A stretch of 64,000 nucleotides of DNA from Eledone cirrhosa (taxonomy: Eukaryota), in assembly GCA_964016885.1 (NCBI GenBank), contig OZ024764.1, forward strand, positions 18,104,001 through 18,168,000, in the 5' to 3' direction. Shown here in pieces: positions 47,301 to 60,423 of this stretch; position 1 is the stretch's first letter, and each line of letters opens with the position of its first letter. Under the pieces are notes generated by a model. The model was not told where the DNA came from. It was given only the letters and a program-made list of their open reading frames with translations, and searched no databases. The translations under genes were made by a program, and so were the position numbers.

Positions 47301-48431
47301 GATCTCACTCTATGAATTATGCCACCCTTCATATTTCCCTTATCATCATGTTGTCACCACCACCACCACCACACATATATCATTTCTATATTTCATCTGG
47401 ACTGTTTCTCTGTTGACCACTGGTCACTGGTCTCTGAGACATATTTCATCTACCTGTCACCCACCTTGTGGATTGTCTCTCTGTTGACCACTGGTCACTG
47501 GTCTCTGTCCTCTGAGACATTATACCTCATCTACCTGTCACCCACCTTGTGGATTGTCTCTCTGTTGACCACTGGTCACTGGTCTCTGTCCTCTGAGACA
47601 TTATACCTCATCTGCCTGTCACCCACCTTGTGGATTGTCTCTCTGTTGACCACTGGTCACTGTCCTCTGAGACATTATATATCATCTACCTGTCACTCAC
47701 CTTGTGGATTGTCTCTCTGTTGACCACTGGTCACTGACCTCTGAGACATTATATATCATCTGCCTGTCACCCACCTTGTGGATTGTCTCTCTGTTGACCA
47801 CTGGTCACTGGTCTCTGTCCTCTGAGACATACCTCATCTACCTGTCACCCACCTTGTGGATTGTCTCTCTGTTGACCACTGGTCACTGGTCTCTGTCCTC
47901 TGAGACATTATACCTCATCTGCCTGTCACCCACCTTGTGGATTGTCTCTCTGTTGACCACTGGTCACTGGTCTCTGTCCTCTGAGACATTATACCTCATC
48001 TACCTGTCACCCACCTTGTGGATTGTCTCTCTGTTGACCACTGGTCACTGACCTCTGAGACATTATATATCATCTGCCTGTCACCCACCTTGTGGATTGT
48101 CTCTCTGTTGACCACTGGTCACTGGTCTCTGTCCTCTGAGACAGTTTTGCCCATCAGTCTTTGACAGCATTTAGCTGTTTTAATGGCTGTCCTAGCAATG
48201 AGTTCTCTCATCTTTATAAGTATTCAAATAGACTCTTGCTTCGTCTTGATCAGAGACAACATTGTTTTATATCTATATATATATATATAGATAGATATAT
48301 ATTCTTACTATATATATATATATATATATCTAGTAAGTATATATATATATCTATAGTAAGTATATATATATATCTATCTATATATATATATCTAGTAAGA
48401 ATATATATAGATATATATATCTATCTATCTA

Positions 48432-48464
<33 letters not shown>

Positions 48465-48631
48465 TATCATCATCATCATCATCATCACCTTATCTATATA
48501 TTATCTATATATATATATATATCTAGTAAGAATATATATATATATATATATATCTAGTAAGAATATATATATATATCTATATCTCTCTCTCTATATCTAT
48601 ATATTATCTCTATATATATATATCTAGTAAG

Positions 48632-48682
<51 letters not shown>

Positions 48683-49113
48683 ATATATATATATATCTCT
48701 CTATATATATATATCTCTCTATATATATATCTCTCTCTATATATATATATCTCTCTCTCTCTATATATATATATCTCTCTCTATATATATATATCTCTCT
48801 CTATATATATATATATCTCTATATATATATATATATCTCTATATATATATATATATCTCTATATATATATATATATATCTATATATATATATATATATCT
48901 CTATATATATATATATCTCTATATATATATATATCTCTATATATATATATATCTCTATATATATATATCTATCTATATATATATATCTATATATATATAT
49001 ATATCTATATATATATATCTCTATATATATATATATCTCTATATATATATATATATCTATATATATATATATCTCTCTCTCTATATATATATATATCTAT
49101 ATATATATATATA

Positions 49114-49160
<47 letters not shown>

Positions 49161-52100
49161 ATATATAATATTATTTCAGCTCCTCGCAACAAACATATTC
49201 CTACCAACTTTTCATTGAAAGGGACGAAAACTTGGAATTACCCACAATACAACAGTTATTTGAAATGTCCTTTCTGGAATCAAACATCAAATTATCGAAG
49301 GTAGGTGGACGGAAGCTGCAGTTGAGGAAGGCCTTGGCTAGAAGAGGAATATGAAGGGGGTGGCATAGTTCATAGAGTGAGATCTGGCCCTGTTTTACAG
49401 TTGAGGTAAGATCTCACTCTGAGTTATGCCCCCCCCCCCCTTTTTTTTTTCATATTCCTCTTATCATCATCATCATCATCAACACCAGTACCTATAAAAA
49501 CACTCATCACTTACAACTATGACAACAACAGTAACACCACCACCTACAACAATACCACTATATACAACTGCTACACATACACCACCACCACAAACCTCAC
49601 CTACACCAACACCACCTACACCACCACCACCACCTGCAACAATAATACCACTATATACAACCGCTACACATACACCTACACCAACACCACCACCACCACC
49701 ACCTACAACAACAATACCACTATATACAACCGCTACACATACACCTACACCAACACCACCACCACCACCTACAACAATAATACCACTATATACAACCGCT
49801 ACACATACACCTACACCAACACCACCACCACTATATACAACCGCTACACATACAACACCACCACAAACCTCACCTACACCAACAACACCACCACCACCAA
49901 CAATAGCAACAAGGTTTTATTCTCTTCTCTTCCAGATTCCATCATGTCTCATACTCCAGATGCCCAGATTTGGTAAAGATTACAAGATGTACAAAAAAAT
50001 AGTTCCCAGTTTACAGTTGGACATAACCAACGTATTAGAGAGAGGTATGTACATGGCTAGATATATATATATTATATATATATTATATATATTATATATA
50101 TATATTATATATATTATATATATTTATATATATTTGAAAAAAAAAGGAAAAGAATGACTTCACTTGTAGTGCTAAATAATTATTTCTACTTTTGGCTCAA
50201 GGCCAGCAAATACCCAGTACATTACTGGTACTTTATTTTATCGACCCCGTAAGGATGAAAGGCAAAGTTAACCTCGCCGAGATTTGAACTCAGATCATAA
50301 AGGGACGCAACTCTATGCTTCAAAGCATGGCGTCCGACCCTCTACCGATACTTAAATAATTGGCAGTATCGGTAGAGGGTTGGATGCCATGCTTTCTAGC
50401 ATAGTTACGTCCCTTTACAGTCTGAGTTCAAATCCCGCCGATGTTAACTTTGCCTTTCATCCTTACGGGGTCGATAAAATAAAGTACCAGTAATGCACTG
50501 GGTAATTGCTGGCCTTGTGCCTAAAGTAGAAACAATTATTTAATTTTATAATATAATATAAAATTAAATAAAATTATTTCAAATATACCTAACTGTACCA
50601 AGGATCTCACACATTTTCCAATATATATATATATATATATATGTGGCTATATATATATATATATATTTGGTGTGGGATGCTTAAAGTGTCCGTAAGCGGT
50701 AGACCGTTTGAGCACTCGATGCTCATACAGAGCAGAGTATAATATCACATAAGAAACGGAGAATGAGTGTTGCAACGAAGAAAATTTATTGGACATACTA
50801 CAATCGTTTGTAATATGTCCAATAAATTTTATTCTTCACAACACTCATTCTCTGTTTCTTATGTGATATATATATATATTTTTTTTTTTAAAGGTTAAAC
50901 AACGTTCAATGAATAAATCAAAGAATAAAGTTTTATAATAGATTAGAAGCACTCCACAGAAATGGTTTTCCGGAGTTATTAATATTAATTCAAAATATTA
51001 ACAAAAATAGACATTCGTGTGATCAAGTATATTTTATTATACATATTTCAGAGGTACTGAGCTATCTTCACCGTACTGTTGAAGATAGCTCAGTACCTCT
51101 GAAATATGTATAATAAAATATACTTGATCACACGAATGTCTATTTTTGTTAATATTTTGAATTAATATATATATATATATATATATATAGGGTGTCCCTC
51201 CAAAATGTATACACACTTTGATTACCTGTAGAAGCTATATTTATTAGAATGCTGTTGAAGTATGTATACATTTTTTTGTGACACCGTGTATGTATGTATG
51301 TATAAATATATATCATATAACATCCACTCTCCACGCTAGCATGGGTTAGACGGGTTGTCCCTTTGGAGGCAAGTAATGTAAACGCTAAAGGGTTAAAGTG
51401 TTTATATTTATCTAAAAACCTTCCAGCATAATTTTATGTAAGAACCTTTGTTAAGTTATGTTCCAAACACCAACAGTGTCTAATTAATACATGTTATTAA
51501 TTTTGTCGTATGTTTTCCCACAAATTTATTGTTAAGGTCCTCGGGAGTGTGTGATATGTGGAAAACTGGCGACGGAAGAGTGCAAAGAATGCTACAAGGT
51601 TCACGGAGAGGACCTTTATACGATAGCTTTCTGTGAGGCCTGCGATGAACTGGTGAGTTTTAGAGCCCTTTAGGGTTTAGGCTTTTTAAATATGGTAATG
51701 AAAGGGTTGTAGGATCCTTTGTTAAACCCACAACCCTCTCTCTCTATATATCTATATATATATACACATCTCTCTAACTCTCTATATGTATACACATCTC
51801 CCTAACTCTCTCTCTCTATCTATATATACATCTCTCTAACTCTCTCTCTATCTATATATACATCTCTCTAACTCTCTATCTATATATACATCTCTCTAAC
51901 TCTCTCTCTCTCTATATATATATACATCTCTCTAACTCTCTCTCTATATATATATATACATCTCTAACTCTCTCTATATACATCTCTCTAACTCTCTCTA
52001 ACTCTCTCTCTCTATATACATCTCTCTAACTCTCTATCTATATATACATCTCTCTAACTCTCTCTCTCTCTATATATATATATACATCTCTCTAACTCTC

Positions 52101-55100
52101 TCTCTCTATATATATATACATCTCTAACTCTCTCTATATACATCTCTCTAACTCTCTCTATCTATATATATACATCTCTCTAACTCTCTCTATCTATATA
52201 CACATCTCCCTAACTCTCTCTATATATACATCTCTCTAACTCTCTCTATCTATATATACATCTCTCTAACTCTCTCTATCTATATATATACATCTCTCTA
52301 ACTCTCTCTATCTATATATACATCTCTCTAACTCTCTCTATCTATATATACATCTCTCTAACTCTCTCTATCTATATATACATCTCTCTAACTCTCTCTA
52401 TCTATATATACATCTCTCTAACTCTCTCTATCTATATATACATCTCTCTAACTCTCTATCTATATATACATCTCTCTAACTCTCTCTCTCTCTATATATT
52501 TACATCTCTAACTCTCTCTATATACATCTCTCTAACTCTCTATATATATACATCTCTCTAACTCTCTATATATATACATCTCTCTAACTCTCTATATATA
52601 TACATCTCTCTAACTCTCTCTATATATATATACATCTCTAACTCTCTCTATATACATCTCTCTAACTCTCTCTATATATACATCTCTCTAACTCTCTCTA
52701 TATATACATCTCTCTAACTCTCTCTATATACACATCTCTCTAACTCTCTCTATATATACATCTCTCTAACTCTCTCTATCTATATATACATCTCTCTAAC
52801 TCTCTCTCTCTATATACATCTCTCTAACTCTCTATCTATATATACATCTCTCTAACTCTCTCTCTATATATATATACATCTCTCTAACTCTCTCTCTCTA
52901 TATATATATACATCTCTAACTCTCTCTATATACATCTCTCTAACTCTCTCTATATACACATCTCTCTAACTCTCTCTCTATATACATCTCTCTAACTCTC
53001 TCTATCTATATATACATCTCTCTAACTCTCTCTCTCTATATACATCTCTCTAACTCTCTATCTATATATACATCTCTCTAACTCTCTCTCTCTATATATA
53101 TATACATCTCTCTAACTCTCTCTCTCTATATATATATACATCTCTCTAACTCTCTCTATATACATCTCTCTAACTCTCTCTATATACACATCTCTCTAAC
53201 TCTCTCTATATACACATCTCTCTAACTCTCTCTATATCTCTATATACACATCTCTCTAACTCTCTCTCTCTATATATATATACATCTCTAACTCTCTCTA
53301 TATACATCTCTCTAACTCTCTCTATATACACATCTCTCTAACTCTCTCTATATATACATCTCTCTCTCTCTCTAACTCTCCAGAACCACAAACAGAAACG
53401 TCGAGAACACAAAAGAACAAAATTAAAAGAACACAAATATTTCAATGAACTCTGTCGGAGTGGTTCGATGGCCAGCATCCCCCGCGAGAAGATGGAGCTG
53501 TTCGCTGTTATATGTATAGAAACAAGTCATTATGTCTCCTTCGTTAAGAACAATAACGAGGGCAAAGAAGCTAAGTGGGTCTTCTATGATTCTATGGCTG
53601 ACAGAGAAGGTAAGTTGTGTTATGGTGGTGTGGTGTGATGTATTGTTGGTTGTGGTGGTGTAGTGTTGTGTTATGGTGGTGTGGTAGTGTTGTGTTTGTG
53701 GTGTAGTGTTGGTTGTGGTGGTGTAGTGTTGTGTTTGTGGTGTGGTGTATTGTTGGTTGTGATGGTGGTGGTGGTGTGGTGGTGGTGTAGTGTTGTGTTT
53801 GTGGTGTGGTGGTGTATTGTAGGTTGTGGTGTATTGTTGGTGGTGGTGTTAGGGTTGTGTGTGGTGGTGGTGGTGTAGTGTTGTGTTTGTGGTGTATTGT
53901 TGGTTGTGGTGGTGGTGTTAGGGTTGTGTGTGGTGGTGGTGTAGTGTTGTTTGTGGTGTATTGTTGGTTGTGGTTGGGGTGTTAGGGTGGTGTAGTATTG
54001 TAGGTTGACGTGAGTGGTGGATCGCCAGATTTAGTCCAATTTTCTGCTCTCCCTGTGTTCAAATTTACGCACACACACATATATATACATACATATATAT
54101 ATACACACACACATATATATACACACACACATATATACACACACACATATATACATACATACATACATACATACATACATACATACACACCTATTCTCTC
54201 ATATATATGTTGTATAAAATTTAAATTAATAATTTTTATTTGATTAAACATCCGAAATAAGAGAACAGCGTTGGAAAGAACTATAAATGCCATAAAAGAA
54301 AAGGAGGTGGTATAATAATAATAGATTGTGATTTAGGCACAAGTTCAGCAATTTTAGAGGAAAGGGGATTAAATTGAACCAAGTGTATTACTGGTACTTT
54401 ATTTTATCGACCTCCGTAAGAATGAAAGGTAAAGTTGACCTCGGTGGGATTTGAAATCAGAACGTAAATGGCCATAACTCTGTGCCGCGAAGCAGAATGT
54501 CCGATGCTCTACCGATTCTACTGATAATCCTCCGCCTCATAATAATAATAATTTTCTATTTTTGGCACAAGGTCAGCAATTACCCCAGTGTATTACTGGT
54601 ACTTTATTTTATCAACCCCGTAAGGATGAAAGGCAAAGTTAACCTCGGCGGGATTTGAACTCAGAACGCAAAGGGACGTAACTCTATGCTGCAAAGCATG
54701 GCGACCGACCCTCTACCGATACTGCCAATCCACCGCCCTTATATAAAATAATCAGAATATTATGTAGTTACTTGGAGAGAAATCCCTCTTAGAATATAAA
54801 TTAAAGACAGAAAGGTAAGTACAGGGAGAAGGGTCATGTTATTTTACCAACTACATCCCTACTAAAATTATTAGGGTTCTGTCTGATTATTACACGATAG
54901 AAACTGTTTCATCAGGCCAGTGCTCATCCAGGTTTCCGCGGCTTGAAGTGAGTGAGAGTACAAGACTTCCCCTGGACAGGACACCAGTCCATCACAGTTA
55001 ACTTCCCAGCTATTGCTGGTACTTGTCTTGGTTTCATTGGTGTGAAGTGATTGAGAGTACAAAACTCTCCCCCCCCCCCCTGGATAGGGCACCAGTCCAT

Positions 55101-56568
55101 GATAGAGTTAGACCCCCAGTTATAACTGGTATTTGTCTCGGTTTCCTTGGTATTAAATGACCGAAGTACAAGACTCCCTCCTGGATAGGACACCAGTCCA
55201 TCACAGGGTTAAACCCCGAGTTATAACTGGCATTTATCTCGGTTTCCTTGGTATTAAATGACCGAAGTACAAGACTCCCTCCTGGATGGGACACCAGTCC
55301 ATCACAGGGTTAAACCCTGAGTTATAACTGGTACTTATCTTGGTTTCCTTGGTATTAAATGACTGAAGTACAAGACTCCCTCCTGGATAGGACACCAGTC
55401 CATCACAGGGTGAACTCCCAGCTATAACTGTTAGCCATATTCAACTGAGTATACTGGAGCAATGTGAAATGAAGTGCTTTTCTTAAGAACTCAACAGACA
55501 TCCTAGTCAAGGAAATCGAACCCGTTATGATCGTAAATCCTACATTCTTACCACTAAGCCACATGCCTCCACATGGAAACGCTAACTAAACATTTGTTAA
55601 ACTGAGTGGTTTAGAATAGAGGAAGAGAAGTAACCTAGCCTCTAATTTCAAGTCTTAAACAAGATTCTCTATACACAAGGGTTTTTCAATATATATATAT
55701 ATATACATATAACAGCACATTTACATATATATATATATATACACACACACACCCAACTATACTCATACATACATATAGACATTCATACACATTTTTAAAA
55801 CCAATATACACTACACACACACACATATATAGATATACACACACCCATATCCATATATATATAGGAAAATTTTCAAGGCCCCGGCGGCAGAGCTCAAGCT
55901 GTTTCGATGGCTATTTCTGGACTCCAAAAATAGCCGTCGAAACGGCTTGAGCTCTGTCGTCGGGGTCTTGAACATTTTCCTATTACCCAAAGTATTGAGT
56001 ACTCTGGTCCATCACCACACTCCCTTCATTATATATATATATATACGGGATGTTTGTTTACAAACACACCAAGCATTATAATAAATGTTCGGTGAATCCA
56101 TACGTACATATATATATATGTGTGCATGTATGTATATATATATACATACTACTGTACGTCTGTATACATATATGTATGTACGTGTACATACTTATATTTA
56201 AGTAACAGCCGTACTAAGAGTGGGAAATGAAATTTTGTTTCATTTTACCCGTTTATATATATATATAGTTTTGGTGAAAACAGGAGAAAGCACTCAACAT
56301 TCGTAGTTTAGTTTAGTATAACAACATTAATAAAGATACTGATGTTACATAAATCGTTTTATTCATGATAATTATTCGTCCACCTTCTCCAGGCTGTAAT
56401 GAAGGCTACAACATCCCGGAGGTGCGGTACTGCCCCAATCTGGTCCGTTGGATCAACGAGAGCCAGGCCAACTATGTCGACCCTGACCAACCAGAGCTAC
56501 AGCGGCGCCTCTTCTCAGACAGCTACATGTGTCTCTACCAAAATACATACACGATGATGTTCCAGTGA
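42798..56568 (+). CDS. CYLD: CYLD lysine-63/Met1 deubiquitinase (CAP-Gly domains plus USP domain with B-box), 14 coding exons, 818 aa
   Basis: Exons 42798-43232, 43457-43672, 43932-44076, 44220-44327, 45425-45660, 45857-46004, 46140-46401, 46875-46966, 47230-47296, 49180-49300, 49936-50044, 51537-51652, 53384-53609, 56393-56568 total 2457 nt in phase. Motifs: [72 protein letters not shown]. Confidence 0.96.
43457..43672 (+). CDS. CYLD: CYLD exon 2 (start of CAP-Gly 2)
   Basis: ...[24 protein letters not shown]...VGVEF. Confidence 0.9.
43932..44076 (+). CDS. CYLD: CYLD exon 3
   Basis: [34 protein letters not shown]... Confidence 0.88.
44220..44327 (+). CDS. CYLD: CYLD exon 4 (108 nt, phase 1-1 linker)
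   Basis: [35 protein letters not shown]; ttccag / gtaact. Confidence 0.75.
45425..45660 (+). CDS. CYLD: CYLD exon 5 (start of CAP-Gly 3)
   Basis: ...[10 protein letters not shown]...YGVIRWI...IVGLEM. Confidence 0.92.
45857..46004 (+). CDS. CYLD: CYLD exon 6
   Basis: [39 protein letters not shown]... Confidence 0.92.
46140..46401 (+). CDS. CYLD: CYLD exon 7 (USP Cys box)
   Basis: [25 protein letters not shown]...IVYPLRK. Confidence 0.96.
46875..46966 (+). CDS. CYLD: CYLD exon 8
   Basis: [30 protein letters not shown]. Confidence 0.94.
47230..47296 (+). CDS. CYLD: CYLD exon 9
   Basis: [22 protein letters not shown]. Confidence 0.93.
47400..48270. repeat. ~75-bp minisatellite (about 10 copies, 47400-48140) running into a dispersed element also present once at ~33420-33620
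   Basis: CCTGTCACCCACCTTGTGGATTGTCTCTCTGTTGACCACTGGTCACTGGTCTCTGTCCTCTGAGACA...; the ORFs at 33498 and 48161 share FSCFNGC.S.EFSHLY. Confidence 0.88.
49180..49300 (+). CDS. CYLD: CYLD exon 10
   Basis: [40 protein letters not shown]. Confidence 0.94.
49936..50044 (+). CDS. CYLD: CYLD exon 11
   Basis: [36 protein letters not shown]. Confidence 0.95.
50180..50538. mobile_element. Head-to-head inverted pair of MetaSINE-like SINEs in a CYLD intron
   Basis: - copy ~50180-50352 and + copy ~50361-50538, separated by about 12 nt of unpaired sequence. Confidence 0.88.
51537..51652 (+). CDS. CYLD: CYLD exon 12 (B-box zinc-binding insert)
   Basis: [38 protein letters not shown]; AAG acceptor. Confidence 0.93.
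51730..53380. repeat. ~1.65-kb CATCTCTCTAACTCTCTCTATATATA-type repeat filling CYLD intron 12
   Basis: Direct inspection; almost G-free. Confidence 0.97.
53384..53609 (+). CDS. CYLD: CYLD exon 13 (His box and catalytic Asp)
   Basis: ...[19 protein letters not shown]...[11 protein letters not shown]. Confidence 0.96.
54930..55571 (-). mobile_element. tRNA-derived SINE with its ~101-bp body tandemly repeated about 5x
   Basis: - strand A box TGGCTTAGTGG and B box GGTTCGATTTCC near 55510-55565; 101-bp period (55141, 55242); related body at ~9210-9430. Confidence 0.7.
56393..56568 (+). CDS. CYLD: CYLD terminal coding exon 14
   Basis: [14 protein letters not shown]...[22 protein letters not shown]. 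Confidence 0.95.
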
Positions 56569-58297
56569 CCAACACCACAGACACCACCTCCACCAGTGGT
56601 AGCAACAACAACAACACCACCACCACTGACACTACCTCCACCACCTCCTCCAGTGATACCAACACCACATCAACCAGACCACTACAACACCTCCACCAAC
56701 ACCACCAGCAGAGCACTACAACCCCCCCCCCCACATACAGACAATCAACACCATTTCAACCACCACTGCCAACATTCCACCACTCCCCCACCCTCAACCA
56801 TCTTTACACTAACAAGCCACAACACTTGCTTCACCAAAGTACCAGTTAAATACTTGGGGATGTTAGAGTTTGGTTCAACTTCTCGCCTGTCTCTCAATTC
56901 ATTTTTTTTTTTAATTATTTTTTTTATTCAGAATCGGTAGAGCGTCGGACGCCATGCTTCGCAACACAGATTTGCGGCCCTTTACGGTCCCCGTTCAAAT
57001 CCGGCGGGGGGGGGGGGTAAATAAAGTACCAGTAATTACAACGGGGGATAGATTTCCCCCCTCCCCCTTCAAATTGCTGGCCTTGTGCCTAAATCAGGAA
57101 CCATTACTAGGGTCGGTGGATTGGCAGCAGAACCGGTAGAGCGTATGTCGAAGTGCTTTGTGGTATTTAGTTACGACCCTTTACACTCTGCTCCATGCTA
57201 TATAACCGACTTGTCCCCCCCCCTTCCCCTCCCACAAATTGCAGGCCATTGTGTATATAGAAATTATTTCAAATACCAGTTATCTACTGGAGGATGTGGG
57301 GTAGGATGGGTCTATTTAACTCTTCCTCTCCCCTGTCATGTCATACTGCTGGCTTTGGGCCCTAAATTAAAACAAGCCCTTTACATTCTGAGTTCAAATC
57401 CCACCAAAGTTAGCTTTGCCAGTAATACCAGTAATGAACTGGGTCGATTCCCCCCTCCCTCCAGTAAAACTTCTGGACTTTCATTCATTTTTTTTTTTAT
57501 TCAGAATCAGTAGATTGTCAAACGCCATGCTTTGCAGCACAGAGTTACGGCCCTTTACGGTCTCCATTCAGATCCCGCCGGGGGTCGGTTTAATCGACTC
57601 CCCGCCCTCTTCAAATTTCTGGCCATTGACAAAAGAATCGGTAGAGGGTCGGATGCCATGCTTTGCAGCATTGGCACAGAGCTGCGGCCCTTTACGTTCT
57701 CCGTTCAATTCCCGCCGAGGTTAGCTTTGCCTTTCATCCTTACGGCGGGGTCGCAGGAAATGGAAAAGACCTTTAAGTATTTGGACCTTACAGGGGGGCT
57801 GTTAGAACTGGTTACCATGTAGGGGACAGAAGTCGTGCCAATTGTCATTAAGGGTGGGGGTTCTGTAGGTGGGGTGGGGCACGGACGGATGGGTCCCTAT
57901 ATGTCTTAACGTCTTTCATCAATTTAAAAAAAAAAAGGATCCTGGCATCCCCCGTCTACGACCCCCCCCCCCCCCCCCCACACCCTAATTCATAATGGCA
58001 GTGACCCCTAAATTTCTACCAATTCACCAGCACTGCCAGAACCCCTACATGATATATTGAGCGCCTGAAAATCAGGGATTGAGTAGGGACCAGTTAATAC
58101 ACTGAACCTAACAACCGGTTGCTAGAGAGAAACCTTAGAAAAAGGGGCCAAAAAGAGAGGAAAAAAAAATTATTTAATGCAACAATGCTGTAAGGTTGAC
58201 CCCCCCTCCCCACCTGTGTTTCTGGCTTTCTGTTAATGTTTCATGAAAAAAAAAAAAACGAAAAAAAACACAAAAAGATGAAAAACAAAAAAAATGT

Positions 58298-58625
58298 TCC
58301 AGTTGTACCCCTGGGGTCAGTTACCCAATACCAGTTGTACCCCAGGGTTCAGTTACCCAATACCAGTTGTACTCTGGGGATGAGTTACCCACCAGTTGTA
58401 CCCCAGGGATCAGTTACCCAATACCAGTTGTACTCTGGGGATCAGTTACCCAATACCAGTTGTACTCTGGGGATGAGTTGCCCACCAGTTGTACCCCAGG
58501 GATCAGTTACCCAATACCAGTTGTACTCTGGGGATGAGTTACCCAATACCAGTTGTACTCTGGGGATGAGTTACCCACCAGTTGTACCCCAGGGATCAGT
58601 TACCTAATACCAGTTGTACTCTGGA
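58298..58625. repeat. ~29-32-bp minisatellite CCAGTTGTACTCTGGGGATGAGTTACCCAATA in the putative CYLD 3' UTR
   Basis: About 10 tandem units; an AATAAA follows at 58752. Confidence 0.88.
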
Positions 58626-58812
58626 GGTTGGCAAAATGTTTATTGAAAAAAAAGACCATGTTCCTTCTAAAGAAAAAACAAAATCAAAAGCTCCCCAGTA
58701 CCAGTTATATACTGGGGAAGGGATGTCAGAAATTAGACATTTGATTGTAAAATAAATTAATGTTATTGTTACTATTATTTCTGGATTACTTGGAGTTTAT
58801 TTATTGTTTTTA

Positions 58813-59510
58813 TAATAATAATAATAATAATGGTTTCATTTATTGGCCACAAGGGCCAACATTATGGGACGATACACTAGACAGGGACTCAGGGTTGACT
58901 CAGGTACCCCACCAATCCTGGACCACCCGACACTTCGAGAGCACCCGAATGGTTTCTTTATAGGCCACAAGGGCCCACAGGGCGATACAAAGTGGGTTTG
59001 GGCCGTGTAAAAAGGTTATAACAAGAAGATAGAAATGGGTAAAAACAAATCAAAAGAATTCAAACAACAAAAATTCCCCAATGGGGGGAACCTCCGAGGG
59101 TCACTCGTGGTGAAAACCACACAAAAGACCACGGCCACTCTGACCACCAGGGTAAGCACTCTCTCTCAGTTCTCCCACTCCTCAGTCTACAGGAGCATAC
59201 TCAGAGTGGGCCCGTTCACTCAGAGCAGATGTGCCACTTTCAACAAACTTACTAGAAGACAGTACTTGTCTCTCCACCCTCTTTCTCCTCTTCAAGTAAA
59301 ATTTGAAAAAGTTAATCAGGGATTCGCTGAAATTATTGTGTACAGTGCTCAGGTGCACTACAACTCATCAAAGGTGCATGTATAGTACATAGAATAATGT
59401 ACAAATGTCAGGAAAATGAACAGTGTATGAGTCATGCTATACACACAGATACATGAGTGCATGTGTATGGAGGGGGAATATCAGGTGTAGTGTTGGAGAA
59501 CTTCAAGAAC
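58813..59510 (-). mobile_element. L1/Tx1-clade LINE 3' end (~58813-59320) abutting a CR1-type 3' UTR fragment (~59330-59510)
   Basis: - strand LINFFKFYLKRRKRVERQVLSSSKFVE...VNGPTLSMLL* then AATAAA and (ATT)n tail; ATATCAGGTGTAGT shared with the CR1 end at ~22565. Confidence 0.6.
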
Positions 59511-59779
59511 CATTTAAGGTTGATAAAAAAAAAATTCCAGTCAAGTTCTGGGGTCGATTTTTCCTCTCTCTCTCTCTTCTATTCTCTCTCTATCTATATA
59601 TGTATCTATAAATATATATATATGTGTGTGTGTGTGTATGCAGCGACTATATATATATATGTGTGTGTGTATGCAGCGACTATATATATATGTGTGTATG
59701 TGTATGCAGCGACTAGATATATATATGTGTGTGTGTATGCAGCGACTATATATATATATATATATGTGTATGTAGCGAC

Positions 59780-59816
<37 letters not shown>

Positions 59817-59823
59817 ATGCAGC

Positions 59824-59877
<54 letters not shown>

Positions 59878-59887
59878 ATGTAGCGAC

Positions 59888-59934
<47 letters not shown>

Positions 59935-59983
59935 ATGCAGCGACTATATATATATATATATATGTGTGTATGCAGCGACTATG

Positions 59984-60014
<31 letters not shown>

Positions 60015-60348
60015 ATGCAGCGACTATATATATATAAATCTCTGATGATTTCTTTTGAATGAAACAGTTCTAGTCCTATAGAAGCCATTTCTATAGTAAA
60101 CTTGATGTTTACACTCTACTAATGTATTGAGTACCTTACTAACTGGTTACTCCCGATTGAACCTGGGACTGATACACATACTGTAGATGTCATGACAAAA
60201 AGCACCCAATCCACACTAAATGTGGTTGGAGTTAGGAAGAGCATCCATCTGTTGAAACCAAGCTAAAATCAATTCTGTGTGAGTGAATCCTGATTCTCTC
60301 ACAAAAGGACAACCCATCCCACTCATAATAGCATGGAAAATGTACGTT

Positions 60349-60385
<37 letters not shown>

Positions 60386-60423
60386 CCGTTGAGGTTGTCT
60401 TTTTTTCCGGGTATGTCAATATT

